A DNA stretch of 37,674 bases from an uncultured Bacteriovorax sp. (lineage in GTDB: Bacteria; Bdellovibrionota; Bacteriovoracia; Bacteriovoracales; Bacteriovoracaceae), in assembly GCA_964016365.1 (NCBI GenBank), contig CAXHHE010000001.1, forward strand, positions 1 through 37,674, read 5' to 3'. Shown in pieces: positions 1-9,259 of the stretch. The notes beneath the pieces are model-generated. The model saw only the letters and a list, made by a program, of their open reading frames with translations, did no database searches and was not told the origin of the DNA. How positions within the stretch are numbered: position 1 is the first letter of the stretch; the number at the start of each line of letters is the position of its first letter. The position numbers and the translations under genes are program-made.

Positions 1-46
1 AGATAACTGAGCGTCTCGTGGGCTCGGAGATGTGTATAAGAGACAG
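1..46 (+). other. Illumina Nextera adapter contamination (end of P7, 8-nt i7 index, Read 2 transposase adapter with Tn5 mosaic end)
   Basis: 13-46 is GTCTCGTGGGCTCGG-AGATGTGTATAAGAGACAG, the exact Nextera Read 2 adapter. It is preceded by AGAT (3' end of P7) and the 8-mer AACTGAGC in the index position. Confidence 0.98.
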
Positions 47-469
47 GATGTAACTTTTACTCAGAATGGACGCCAGATGACCATTATCAATACCCACCTG
101 GATCACGTGAAGAGTGAAACCAGACAAAAGCAAATTGAAGTCCTGATCAAAGAGATCAAATCTTTAAGCTCGCGCGACGTGATCATCATGGGCGATTTTA
201 ATGAATCACCAACGACAACACTTCTAGAAACTCTGGTTAATAGTTTTAATTTAAAAGACCCATGGAAAGAAAAGAAACTTCCCGAGGAAACCAGTCATCA
301 TAGCTTCCTCGGCGACAAAATGCTTGAAGGCGAGCGCATCGATTGGATTTTAATTCCAAAGAGTTTTAGTTGTGAAGATATCCATCTGGTAAAAAACGCA
401 AGTGCTGAAGGGCTTTTTCCTTCAGACCACTACCCGCTTTTAGCAACGGTCAGCGACACTCATTCCTAA
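47..469 (+). CDS. Endonuclease/exonuclease/phosphatase (EEP) family protein, 5'-truncated
   Basis: Motifs INTHLD, IMGDFN, RIDWIL and PSDHYP. The listed MYKRQ start is adapter-derived. Confidence 0.88.
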   Translation, partial: DVTFTQNGRQMTIINTHLDHVKSETRQKQIEVLIKEIKSLSSRDVIIMGDFNESPTTTLLETLVNSFNLKDPWKEKKLPEETSHHSFLGDKMLEGERIDWILIPKSFSCEDIHLVKNASAEGLFPSDHYPLLATVSDTHS

Positions 470-1348
470 GTGAAGATAAGTCTCCATTCCTTTTTTAGTA
501 TTCATCAGAATGTCTGCGCTTGGCTTCCATTTACCTTTTTCACCAATCACGATCACTGTTGATCCACCAAAAAGAAAATATCCTTTTTCTTCTCCACGAG
601 CGAACTCTCTGCCTTTATCTAAAGGTTTTGACTGGATGATTTTCCCAACACAGATTGCTCCCACTTCGATGTAAGCAAGCTTGCCAAAATTCTTTGTTTC
701 AAGAATGGTGACGTGTCTTTCATTCGTAATCAGAATATCTTCTTTTGACTTAAGAGCTAATGGGTTTACTGAATGGTAAAGCCCAGAGACGCGGTAGTCG
801 TCGACGATTTTTCCATCGTCTGGGAAATGGTAGCGGTGATAATCCACCGGGCAAAGCCTTGCAAGCAACAGTGGCCCGTCTTCAAAAGTCGATTCCCATT
901 TGCTATTAGCAATTAACGCTTTTGGTTTTAAGTTGTGACCTTTGACTGGCACAGTTTCGTTATCCAGAACGCTCTCATAGCCGTAATAACGAGCTTCACT
1001 GAAAGCTGCCATCTCAGATGGGCTTTCAACAATGGGACGTTTTCCCGGGCGGAAACGGCGGATAAAAAACTGATTAAAAGTTGAGTAAGGAGATTGTTCA
1101 GTTCTTCCCTCTTCAGGAAGATAATCATCCATTTGAATCTGGAATTTTTTAATAAATGGCGCAACTTTTTGCTGACTTAGAGGTAAGTCTTGTAGGGCCC
1201 CATAAAATTTGCTGATTGGCGCTTTGCAAATAAGATGAGAAAGCCCTTTTCCACTTGGAGATTCGTAAAGCCACTCAATAAATTTATCTCCATAAACCAT
1301 CTCGTGATCTACTTTGCCCGTTACGCGGTTGTAAAACTTAATTTCCAC
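440..1348 (-). CDS. psd: Phosphatidylserine decarboxylase proenzyme
   Basis: Motifs FNQFFIR, RLCPVDYHRYHFP, EVGAICVGKI, and KGYFLFGGST containing the GGST autocleavage site. Confidence 0.93.
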   Translation of the reverse strand: MEIKFYNRVTGKVDHEMVYGDKFIEWLYESPSGKGLSHLICKAPISKFYGALQDLPLSQQKVAPFIKKFQIQMDDYLPEEGRTEQSPYSTFNQFFIRRFRPGKRPIVESPSEMAAFSEARYYGYESVLDNETVPVKGHNLKPKALIANSKWESTFEDGPLLLARLCPVDYHRYHFPDDGKIVDDYRVSGLYHSVNPLALKSKEDILITNERHVTILETKNFGKLAYIEVGAICVGKIIQSKPLDKGREFARGEEKGYFLFGGSTVIVIGEKGKWKPSADILMNTKKGMETYLHLGMSVADRC

Positions 1349-1417
1349 CTTAACCCCTTGCTCAAAATGCCTTCCGGGATTATATCTATAGAGTACATTC
1401 CATGCAAGGAGGAGTTC

Positions 1418-2485
1418 ATGCGTAAGTTAAGTCTTTTAGTTGTTCTAACTATGGCTTTAGCTGTCCCTGCGTATTCACAGCAAAATGCCAAAAAAGAAGC
1501 GGCCATGCTTCTGGACAACGAAAAAAATTCTATTAGTGTTTTCCAAAATACGGCCGATTCTGTCGTCAACGTTTCTAACCTTCGCAAGTCGAAGGGAATG
1601 TTCGATATGGACGCCACAGAAATCCAGGCCGGAATGGGCTCAGGGCTTGTGTGGGATACATCTGGTCACATCATCACAAACTACCATGTTGTCGATGGTG
1701 GTGATTCTTTCACGGTTGCTTTCAGGGAAGACCAAAAACAATACAAAGCGAAGCTTATTGGTGGTGATCCAAAAAACGACATCGCTGTTTTAAAACTCCA
1801 GGAGCTGCCAAAAAATTTAAAACCAATCATTCCAGGTGATTCAAGAACATTGCTGGTTGGACAAAAGACTCTGGCGATCGGAAACCCACTTGGACTTGAT
1901 CACACATTAACCACAGGCTCTGTTTCTGCTCTTGGAAGAAAGATCAAAGGTTTTGGTGGAGTTTCAATCAACGGAATGATCCAGACAGATGCTTCTATTA
2001 ACCCAGGAAACTCGGGTGGAGCTCTTCTTGATTCTCAAGGAAGATTGATTGGGATGAACGCTATGATTTACAATGCCGGAGGAGCTGGTGCTTCTGCTGG
2101 TCTTGGGTTTGCGATTCCCGTGGCAACGATTAAAGACATTGTTCCTCAAATCATTCAATACGGCCGCGTGATTCGTCCAGGTCTTGGAGTCGCCATCCTT
2201 GAAGACTACTACGCTGCCCGCTTCGGTCTGCGCGAAGGTGTTATGGTAAAATTTGTCGATCCAAAAGGACCGGCAGGAAAAGCAGGACTGCAAGGGGTTA
2301 CCCGCGATCGTTTCGGCCAGTACTATATTGGAGATATCATCGTTGGCATCAACTCGGATTCAATTAAAAATTACGACGATCTTTATTCGACAGTAAACAA
2401 GTACAAGATTGGCGATAAAGTAAAAGTGAAAATCGTCAGAGACGGAAAAGAAAGAACTGTTGATGTCACTTTAGTTCAAATCTAA
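1418..2485 (+). CDS. HtrA/DegP-family trypsin-like serine protease with one PDZ domain
   Basis: Catalytic motifs TNYHVV, DIAVL and IQTDASINPGNSGG, plus a C-terminal PDZ. Start moved from 1235 to ATG 1418, which has an AGGAGG SD and begins a signal peptide (MRKLSLLVVL...AYS). Confidence 0.92.
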   Translation: MRKLSLLVVLTMALAVPAYSQQNAKKEAAMLLDNEKNSISVFQNTADSVVNVSNLRKSKGMFDMDATEIQAGMGSGLVWDTSGHIITNYHVVDGGDSFTVAFREDQKQYKAKLIGGDPKNDIAVLKLQELPKNLKPIIPGDSRTLLVGQKTLAIGNPLGLDHTLTTGSVSALGRKIKGFGGVSINGMIQTDASINPGNSGGALLDSQGRLIGMNAMIYNAGGAGASAGLGFAIPVATIKDIVPQIIQYGRVIRPGLGVAILEDYYAARFGLREGVMVKFVDPKGPAGKAGLQGVTRDRFGQYYIGDIIVGINSDSIKNYDDLYSTVNKYKIGDKVKVKIVRDGKERTVDVTLVQI

Positions 2486-2487
2486 AT

Positions 2488-3201
2488 TTAAAGATTAAAG
2501 TTTTTAGCCAAGAGCCCCGAGCGATTCATTTCCTCGGGGCTTTTTTTATGAAGCACACCTTCAGAATCAACCAGCCAGATCTGATCCACCACATTCTCTA
2601 CCAGGCTTAAATCATGAGTGCTAAAAAGCACACCGACACATTTATCCTGGCTCACTGATCTTAAAATTTTCATCAATTCGATCTTTGAAGGAATATCTAA
2701 ATATGTTGTTGGTTCATCTAGGAATAAATAATCTGGCGATTGCACTAGTGCACGCGCAAGCAGCGCTCTTTGTTTTTGCCCGTCACTTAGATCAGAAAAA
2801 AATCTCTCAGTGATAGATTCGATATTGAGCATTTTAATGATGTCGTTTACTGCTCCCTTGTCTTCTGGCGAGACTTCACCCCAGAAGTTTGTATAAGGAG
2901 ATCTTCCCAGCATAATAAGCTCAGAAACGCGCAGGTAATCCACTTGCACTCTATCCGTTAAGACCACAGAGATTTTTTTTGCCAGGTCTAATTCAGAATA
3001 GGTCGAATAAGGACTCTCATCTAAAGCTAGCTCGCCTTTAATGAGCGGATTAAGGCCTGTAATCGTTTTTAAAAAGCAGCTCTTTCCTACACCGTTGATT
3101 CCCATTAGAGCAATCAAATCGCCTTTTCGAAGCTCTCCTGTGAGACCAGAAAGAACTGCTTTATGGTTAAAACCAACAGAGAGATTGTTAAATGTAATCA
3201 T
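2488..3201 (-). CDS. btuD: Cobalamin/iron-chelate ABC transporter ATP-binding protein (BtuD-like)
   Basis: Walker A GINGVGKS, signature LSDGQKQR, Walker B LFLDEPT, H-loop STHD. Substrate inferred from the adjacent riboswitch and btuB. Confidence 0.8.
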   Translation of the reverse strand: MITFNNLSVGFNHKAVLSGLTGELRKGDLIALMGINGVGKSCFLKTITGLNPLIKGELALDESPYSTYSELDLAKKISVVLTDRVQVDYLRVSELIMLGRSPYTNFWGEVSPEDKGAVNDIIKMLNIESITERFFSDLSDGQKQRALLARALVQSPDYLFLDEPTTYLDIPSKIELMKILRSVSQDKCVGVLFSTHDLSLVENVVDQIWLVDSEGVLHKKSPEEMNRSGLLAKNFNL

Positions 3202-4157
3202 ACAACTCTCCTGTCGCGGTATAAGTAAAGAGCGATTACCGGAGCTCCGATTAACCCAAGAATCGAATTGGTCGCCAGCGAGTATTCACTGGTAAAAATC
3301 AGGATAAGTTCAGTAAAAAGGGCCAGTGAACTTCCGACGAAAAACACTGCCGGCATCACCAAACGGATATCACTTCTCTTCATAAACGTGCGGGCAATAT
3401 GAGGCGCGATAATCCCGATAAACCCAATTGGACCGCAATAAGCTGTCACGATTGCCACTAAAAATGAACAAACGAGAATAAGAATGGTTTTAAAACGTTT
3501 TACATCTACACCCATGCTACGGGCATAGTTTTCACCGATAATAAATTGGTTGAGTCCTTTTGGAAGAATGGCCAGGAAAACTAATCCTAAAAGTCCAAAA
3601 CCTACAAAGTATGGAAGCTCTTCAATCGTGACTCCCTGGAAACTTCCCATCGACCACATTAAGAAATTCTTCACCTGAAGACTTGGAGTCATATTCACCA
3701 GAACGCTGATAAAACTTGCAGTAAAACTCGCAATTAAAAGCCCCAGTATTAAAAGGCTAATGCGGTTGATATTCTTTCTGACTAAAAAGGTTAACAGAAG
3801 AAAAACACCGAGAGCCCCTAACATCGCCATCAATGTCTGGCCAAAAGGAGCGATGCCCGCTGGTAAAAATGAAGCCCCCATAATGGCGATGGCCACACCT
3901 AAGCACGAGCCAGCATTAATTCCCAGAAGATCTGGTCCTGCCAATGGGTTTTGGAAAAAAACTTGTAAAAGAAGTCCCGAGCCTGCCAGCATTCCACCAG
4001 CCATTAAAGCTACGATGATTTTAGGAAAACGCAGTTGCCATAAAAGCAAATCGTCCTGAACGTTAAAGCCAGCTTCTCCATATACCAGAAGAATCGCCGC
4101 TAAAAGCGCAGTGATCATAACAAAACTAAAAATAGTGACTAAGGGTCTGTTGTTCAT
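3198..4157 (-). CDS. btuC: FecCD-family ABC permease (BtuC-like)
   Basis: Motifs LRFPK, FQNPLAGP, GENYARSMG and GPIGFIGIIAPHIAR; many TM segments; 4-nt overlaps with both neighbours. Confidence 0.82.
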   Translation of the reverse strand: MNNRPLVTIFSFVMITALLAAILLVYGEAGFNVQDDLLLWQLRFPKIIVALMAGGMLAGSGLLLQVFFQNPLAGPDLLGINAGSCLGVAIAIMGASFLPAGIAPFGQTLMAMLGALGVFLLLTFLVRKNINRISLLILGLLIASFTASFISVLVNMTPSLQVKNFLMWSMGSFQGVTIEELPYFVGFGLLGLVFLAILPKGLNQFIIGENYARSMGVDVKRFKTILILVCSFLVAIVTAYCGPIGFIGIIAPHIARTFMKRSDIRLVMPAVFFVGSSLALFTELILIFTSEYSLATNSILGLIGAPVIALYLYRDRRVV

Positions 4158-5221
4158 TTCAGCTCCTTATACCAGATTGTTTTTTCATTGGGAAATTGAG
4201 AAGGATGCATTATCGCAAAGAAATCCTTAATTAAAAGATCCGGGCGGGCAACACCTGTTTCCCAGAAATCACTAAAGCCATCTTTGTTAATAAGCTTAGT
4301 ATTATTAAATAATGGCACCGACTGAAATTTTTTATAGCGAGAGTCCTTGCCCATCGCTTTAGCATCTTCCCAAGTGTTTTGTGAAAACCAGAAGTCTGGC
4401 CTTTCATTGATCTTTAAAACTTTTTCCAATGAAACATACTGAGTCTGATTACTTTGGCTTTTTAAAAGGAGCTCCCCCCCGGCATCATTGATAATAATCG
4501 CCAGGTCACTTGTCCCTCCACAAGTAGACCATTTGCCACTTTGAATATCACCTACCAGAACTTTGGATTTTTTAAGTCCAACTGCTCGCCTTTTAAATTC
4601 GTTGTAGCTTAACTTGATTTTATTAAAGAGTTCTTGGGCCTCTTTATCTTTACCAAAAAAGACTGCCTCAAAAACAATCCACTCAGCTCTCGCCAATGGG
4701 TGTCTTTCTTCAAAGTCATAATTAAGAACAATCGGAATTTTTAACTTTCTTAATTGTTTTGCTCTCTCTGCTCCTGCATTTGCAGAGTACACCATAACCA
4801 GGTCAGGCTTAAGAGCAAAAAGCTCTTCAGCATTCATCTGGTAATTGATCTCTTTAATTTTCTGCGCTCTGATTTTCTCATTAAAAATATAACGAGTTCC
4901 CTGAAAGCCGACTAGAGTGTGTTCCAGATTAAAGGCCGAGAGGAAATATAAATGAGTCGTAGATGAAGAAACAAATCTTTTTGTTTTGGATGTAAGGACG
5001 GCCAGAGTCGTTTCACACTTAAGTGCTCCATCGGCGACGATGTAGCGCTCAAGCGAAGGCGCTTTTCCGGCGTCTATGATTTTGTAATTATCGTAATAAG
5101 AAATAGTGAAATATTCAGCATAGGTCGGTTTATAAACACTAATTGGTTTAGCCGCTTCACAATCTGCTGCGTGGACCTTCAATGAAAAGGCCAGAATAAA
5201 AATGAAACAATAAAACTTCAT
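4154..5221 (-). CDS. btuF: Periplasmic cobalamin/iron-chelate binding protein (BtuF-like)
   Basis: Signal peptide; class III SBP motifs EELFALKPDLV, HPLARAEWI and RPDLLIKD; first gene of the operon. Confidence 0.78.
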   Translation of the reverse strand: MKFYCFIFILAFSLKVHAADCEAAKPISVYKPTYAEYFTISYYDNYKIIDAGKAPSLERYIVADGALKCETTLAVLTSKTKRFVSSSTTHLYFLSAFNLEHTLVGFQGTRYIFNEKIRAQKIKEINYQMNAEELFALKPDLVMVYSANAGAERAKQLRKLKIPIVLNYDFEERHPLARAEWIVFEAVFFGKDKEAQELFNKIKLSYNEFKRRAVGLKKSKVLVGDIQSGKWSTCGGTSDLAIIINDAGGELLLKSQSNQTQYVSLEKVLKINERPDFWFSQNTWEDAKAMGKDSRYKKFQSVPLFNNTKLINKDGFSDFWETGVARPDLLIKDFFAIMHPSQFPNEKTIWYKELK

Positions 5222-5227
5222 TTAAAA

Positions 5228-5256
5228 AGTCTAAGGCCCCTCATTTTTATTGTAAA
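5228..5256 (-). promoter_or_regulatory. Putative sigma70 promoter for btuFCD (leaderless)
   Basis: Minus strand reads TTTACA-N17-TAGACT-N6-ATG(5221). No SD is present. Confidence 0.55.
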
Positions 5257-5277
5257 GTCTCCCGCTTTCTCTATAAT
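5250..5277 (+). promoter_or_regulatory. Putative sigma70 promoter for riboswitch-btuB
   Basis: TTGTAA-N16-TATAAT, ending 18 nt upstream of the riboswitch P1 stem. Confidence 0.6.
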
Positions 5278-5295
5278 AGAGGCAAGCTCAATTAC

Positions 5296-5368
5296 GAATA
5301 AAAAGCAGTGAAGTTTGGTGAGATTCCAACGCTGTCCCGCAACGGTAAAGCCCGATCCCTTTTTATTC
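5296..5368 (+). ncRNA. Cobalamin riboswitch, compact class II-like
   Basis: Core motifs GTGAA-GTTTGGTGAGATTCCAAC-GCTGTCCCGCAACGGTA-AAGCCCGA, enclosed by a perfect 10-bp stem GAATAAAAAG/CTTTTTATTC, directly upstream of btuB. Confidence 0.85.
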
Positions 5369-5390
5369 CCTATTCACCCGTGGAGGAACC

Positions 5391-7202
5391 ATGCTTGGAA
5401 AAATCACGCACGTATCTCTTATTGCCTTTTTAACTTCACAAGCAGTACTTGCGAATGATGATATCATCGTGACTGCAGACAGAATCAAAAGCACTCTTGA
5501 AAAGTCGCCTTCAGACATTAAAGTGTTTGAACAGGATGACATTAAAAAATCATCTTCAATGATTGAACTTCTCGCAAGAGAGTCGGACCTGACACTATCA
5601 CAATCAGGGCCGATGGGTGGGAACACCAGTCTATTTCTGCGCGGAACTGAATCTTCTCAAGTTTTAGTAGTTATTGACGGCATTGTGATGAATGACCCAA
5701 GTAACCCTACTCGCCAGTTTGATTTAGGAAGACTTAGTTTAAATAACATTGAGCGTGTAGAAATTCTTAAGGGATCACAAGGCCTTCTTTACGGATCAAA
5801 TGCTATTGGTGGTGTTCTCGTTATTACAACGAAAAAAGGTTCCGACAAACTTAGCGGATCTGGTTTTGTTGATTACGGAACTCACAACACTCTCAATGCC
5901 GGAGTTAATGCTCAGAAAAAATTTAACCATACATCAATGAGTTTTGGGGCTGACCACTTAAAAACAACAGGTTTTTCAGCCGCTAATGACTCCCTCAATC
6001 CTAACGCTGAAAAGGACGGCGAAAAAAGAAGCACTCTTTCGGCCGCTCTTGCTCAAAGTATTTCCAGTGGAGAATTCAACATCAACTACCGTTATGTGAA
6101 TGATGAAGTCGATTTGGATAAAGGAGGCGGTGCCGGCGAAGACGATCCAAACGACTCACAATTTACTGAACAGAAATTTATGAAGGCCGGATACACTCAG
6201 GCCTGGTCAACAGGAGAAACAACTCTAAACTTGACTCGTTCTGAACACCATCGCACCTTAAACGTCAGAAGTGATAATAAAAACACCACGGCTTCCTCAA
6301 CGACAAATAAAGGTGAAATAAACGGTGTGGCGCTCAACCACACTCAATACCTTAATGATTTCTTCACTCAAAACTACAACTTCGATTACCAACACGAAGA
6401 AGACCAAAAGAAAAACACCAACGAAAATTTCAGTTTTTTCTTATACAATCGTCTCGAGTTTGGACCAGCAGTGGCCAATGCCGGAGTCAGATTAGACAGC
6501 AACCAATCCTTTGGTGAACACATCACTTATAAAATTGCTCTGATGCATTTTTTCACTCATTTTAATTTGAAGATGGCGTATTCAACTGGCTTTAGGGCGC
6601 CAAGCTTAAATCAACTGCACGATCCGACTTACGGAAATAAAAACTTAAAACCAGAAGACAGCCAGACTGCGGAAATTGGATTTGAAGTTCCAGTGACTGA
6701 AAATGGCAAATATATCGGGACACTTTTTTATACTGATATTCAAAACCGTTTAAGCTATGATCCGGTCACTTTCGTCAACCAAAACAGAGGAAGCGCCAGA
6801 ATCATTGGTTTAGAAAATGTCTTCAATGCTAAATTGATGGAAGGATTAAACTCTAACACTGCTGTGACCTGGCTTTCTGCTCGCGACATGACGGCCAAAC
6901 AAAAGCTCGCCAGACGCCCGAATATCAATGTTAAAACGTCAGTCGATTTCACTCCTTCCAATAAGGAGCTAGTCAGTGTTGAAGGAGATTTTACGGGGAA
7001 AAGAAACGATGTCGACAACCTTGGCAACACGGTTCACATGCCATCGTACTTGATCTTTAATTTGCGATACGAAAGAGAATTCAGAGAGAACACTTCTATT
7101 TACCTGAAGGTGAAAAACCTGCTCGATAGAGACTACGAAGAAGTCTACGGCTATGGAACAGGTGGAAGAATGGCTTCAGTTGGACTTAGGTACGTTTTCT
7201 AA
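5391..7202 (+). CDS. btuB: TonB-dependent vitamin B12 receptor
   Basis: TonB box DIIVTA; plug motifs LFLRG, LVVIDG and IERVEILKGSQGLLYGSNAIGGV; GFRAPS; terminal Phe; riboswitch upstream. Confidence 0.9.
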   Translation: MLGKITHVSLIAFLTSQAVLANDDIIVTADRIKSTLEKSPSDIKVFEQDDIKKSSSMIELLARESDLTLSQSGPMGGNTSLFLRGTESSQVLVVIDGIVMNDPSNPTRQFDLGRLSLNNIERVEILKGSQGLLYGSNAIGGVLVITTKKGSDKLSGSGFVDYGTHNTLNAGVNAQKKFNHTSMSFGADHLKTTGFSAANDSLNPNAEKDGEKRSTLSAALAQSISSGEFNINYRYVNDEVDLDKGGGAGEDDPNDSQFTEQKFMKAGYTQAWSTGETTLNLTRSEHHRTLNVRSDNKNTTASSTTNKGEINGVALNHTQYLNDFFTQNYNFDYQHEEDQKKNTNENFSFFLYNRLEFGPAVANAGVRLDSNQSFGEHITYKIALMHFFTHFNLKMAYSTGFRAPSLNQLHDPTYGNKNLKPEDSQTAEIGFEVPVTENGKYIGTLFYTDIQNRLSYDPVTFVNQNRGSARIIGLENVFNAKLMEGLNSNTAVTWLSARDMTAKQKLARRPNINVKTSVDFTPSNKELVSVEGDFTGKRNDVDNLGNTVHMPSYLIFNLRYEREFRENTSIYLKVKNLLDRDYEEVYGYGTGGRMASVGLRYVF

Positions 7203-8218
7203 GTCATGTTCGGGTCCATCGCATCTCTTACTCCCTGACCAATAAGGTTTAAAAGTGTGAGAACAATGAACAGCGCCAGTGACGGGTAGAATGCTAACCA
7301 CCATGCGATGGTATAGTTTTTCTGGGCCTGGGCCAGAAGCTCTCCCCAACTTGGCGTTGGAACCTGAAGGCCAAAGCCCAGGTAATCAAGAGCTGCAAGA
7401 CCTACGATTTCCGCTGCGATTGTAAACGGCGCAAACGTGATAATCGGAGTTAATGAGTTCGGCAGAATATGCTTAAAGATGATCTTCATATTTGAAGCCC
7501 CAAGAGACTTGGCCGCTTCAACGAATTCGCGGTTTCTGTTTTTTAAGAACTCACCACGCACGTAGTATGAAATGTTAATCCAGGCGAACACACATGAAAT
7601 CAGAATCAGCATTCCCAATGAAGGAGTGAAGATTGAGATAAGAATAATAAGAAGGAAAAACTGAGGAACAGTGCTTAGGACCTCAACAATCCTCTGCCCG
7701 ATGAAATCCACTTTCCCGCCGAAGAATCCCATCACTCCACCAAGAACAGTCCCGATAGAAAGTGAGATAAACCAAACAGCAACAGCATAAGAGATACTGT
7801 ATTTGAATCCATAAAGCAGTCGAGTAAACACGTCACGGCCGCGGTCGTCTGTACCAAAGATATTTGTTTCAGATGGAGCCGACGGATAAGAATCTACTTT
7901 TGAGTTACTTTCAAACGGGTCCCATTGAACGATTGGCCATAAAGCATAATCGCCTTTCCCCATTTGCAGGGCACGGTAATCCACATCCAGAGCATCTGTG
8001 ATCCCGAAGTCAGAGGCATTGTAGTCCTTGAAAATCGGGAAATAAGTCGTTCCATGATAACTGATCATCAATGGGCGGCTGTTAGCGATGAATGGTGAAA
8101 GAAAAGTCGCTAGAATTAAAAACACTAAAACAAACGATGAGATCATCGCTGATTTACTCTTTTTGAAAATCTTCCAACGTTTACGAGTTAGTTCATTAGT
8201 TATGTAACGTTCGATCAT
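7199..8218 (-). CDS. yejE: Peptide ABC transporter permease (YejE/OppC-like)
   Basis: FGTDDRGRDVFTRLLYG, EAA loop EFVEAAKSLGAS, HILPN and PSWGELL. Confidence 0.82.
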   Translation of the reverse strand: MIERYITNELTRKRWKIFKKSKSAMISSFVLVFLILATFLSPFIANSRPLMISYHGTTYFPIFKDYNASDFGITDALDVDYRALQMGKGDYALWPIVQWDPFESNSKVDSYPSAPSETNIFGTDDRGRDVFTRLLYGFKYSISYAVAVWFISLSIGTVLGGVMGFFGGKVDFIGQRIVEVLSTVPQFFLLIILISIFTPSLGMLILISCVFAWINISYYVRGEFLKNRNREFVEAAKSLGASNMKIIFKHILPNSLTPIITFAPFTIAAEIVGLAALDYLGFGLQVPTPSWGELLAQAQKNYTIAWWLAFYPSLALFIVLTLLNLIGQGVRDAMDPNMT

Positions 8219-9246
8219 TTGAAATCAATCCTTGGGTCAACAGCAATGTAAGCTAAATCGCTGATCAGGTTTCCAACTAACATGAGCACACTCTGAATAA
8301 AGATCAGACCCATGATAACGTTATAATCTCTCTGAAGGATCGATTTATAACTTAGAAGCCCCATCCCATCTAATTGGAAAATGCTTTCCAGAAGAAGAGA
8401 ACCAACGAAGAAAACTGAAATAAATCCACCGATACCAGTTACGATTGGGATCAATGCATTTCTTAGAGCGTGTTTCAGGTAGACCACTTTTTCAGGAACA
8501 CCTTTTGCGCGAGCAGTACGAATGTAGTCCTTTTTTATTTCATCCAGAAGCGAGTTCTTCATTAGCATAGTTAGAACTGTGAAAGATCCAATCATGTAAC
8601 AAATTAGCGGAAGGATGAAGTGGTGAACGCGGTCGACGATTTTCCCCCAAAGAGTCAGATCGTAATAATTGTCAGAGTAAAGTTCGCCCATCGGGAACCA
8701 GTTGTAGAATCCTCCACCAGCAAAATAAACGATGAGGAGAATGGCCAACATAAAGCCCGGGATCGAATAGAAAACAAAGAGAAGAAAACTGGAAACATAA
8801 TCAAACGTTGTTCCGTGTTTTACTGCCTTAATAACCCCCAAGACCACACATACCAGATACGACATGATCAGGGAGACAACTCCGAACTGTAGAGACACGG
8901 GAAGCTTGCTGGTAATAACATCAAGAACCGGCTCTTCGTAAGTAAAACTCTCACCGAAATCAAGCTTGGCGATATTCTTCAGCCAGATCCAGTAACGGAT
9001 ATGCACCGGCTTGTCGAATCCATATTGTTTTTTAAGGGCAAGAATAACCTCTTCAGAAACAGCACTACTCTTAGAGTTGTCGCCGCTACTTCTTCCTTCA
9101 TTGCCCATTCCACCGAATTTCATCTGCTGAATTCGCTGTTCGATTGGGCTACCAGGAGCAAGGTTAATGATAACGAATGTGACCAGAGTGATCCCGAGCA
9201 AAGTCGGGATCATGATCAGTAATCTTTTTAAGATATAAGTAAACAA
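8215..9246 (-). CDS. yejB: Peptide ABC transporter permease (YejB/OppB-like)
   Basis: YILKRLLIMIPTL, YGFDKP, DFGESF, YIRTARAKG, HALRNA and DPRI. Confidence 0.85.
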   Translation of the reverse strand: MFTYILKRLLIMIPTLLGITLVTFVIINLAPGSPIEQRIQQMKFGGMGNEGRSSGDNSKSSAVSEEVILALKKQYGFDKPVHIRYWIWLKNIAKLDFGESFTYEEPVLDVITSKLPVSLQFGVVSLIMSYLVCVVLGVIKAVKHGTTFDYVSSFLLFVFYSIPGFMLAILLIVYFAGGGFYNWFPMGELYSDNYYDLTLWGKIVDRVHHFILPLICYMIGSFTVLTMLMKNSLLDEIKKDYIRTARAKGVPEKVVYLKHALRNALIPIVTGIGGFISVFFVGSLLLESIFQLDGMGLLSYKSILQRDYNVIMGLIFIQSVLMLVGNLISDLAYIAVDPRIDFK

Positions 9247-9259
9247 GAAAAACCTCTAG

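Noticed and set aside
28-46. Tn5/IS50 mosaic end as a genuine transposon end
   Set aside because: It is embedded in the full Nextera adapter at the contig edge, and no transposase is present.
1235-1417. N-terminal extension of the HtrA ORF
   Set aside because: It overlaps psd head-to-head; the SD and signal peptide support ATG 1418.
5363-5626. Antisense 87-aa ORF over the btuB start
   Set aside because: Shadow of btuB with no SD or motif. The same applies to most short opposite-strand ORFs in the track.
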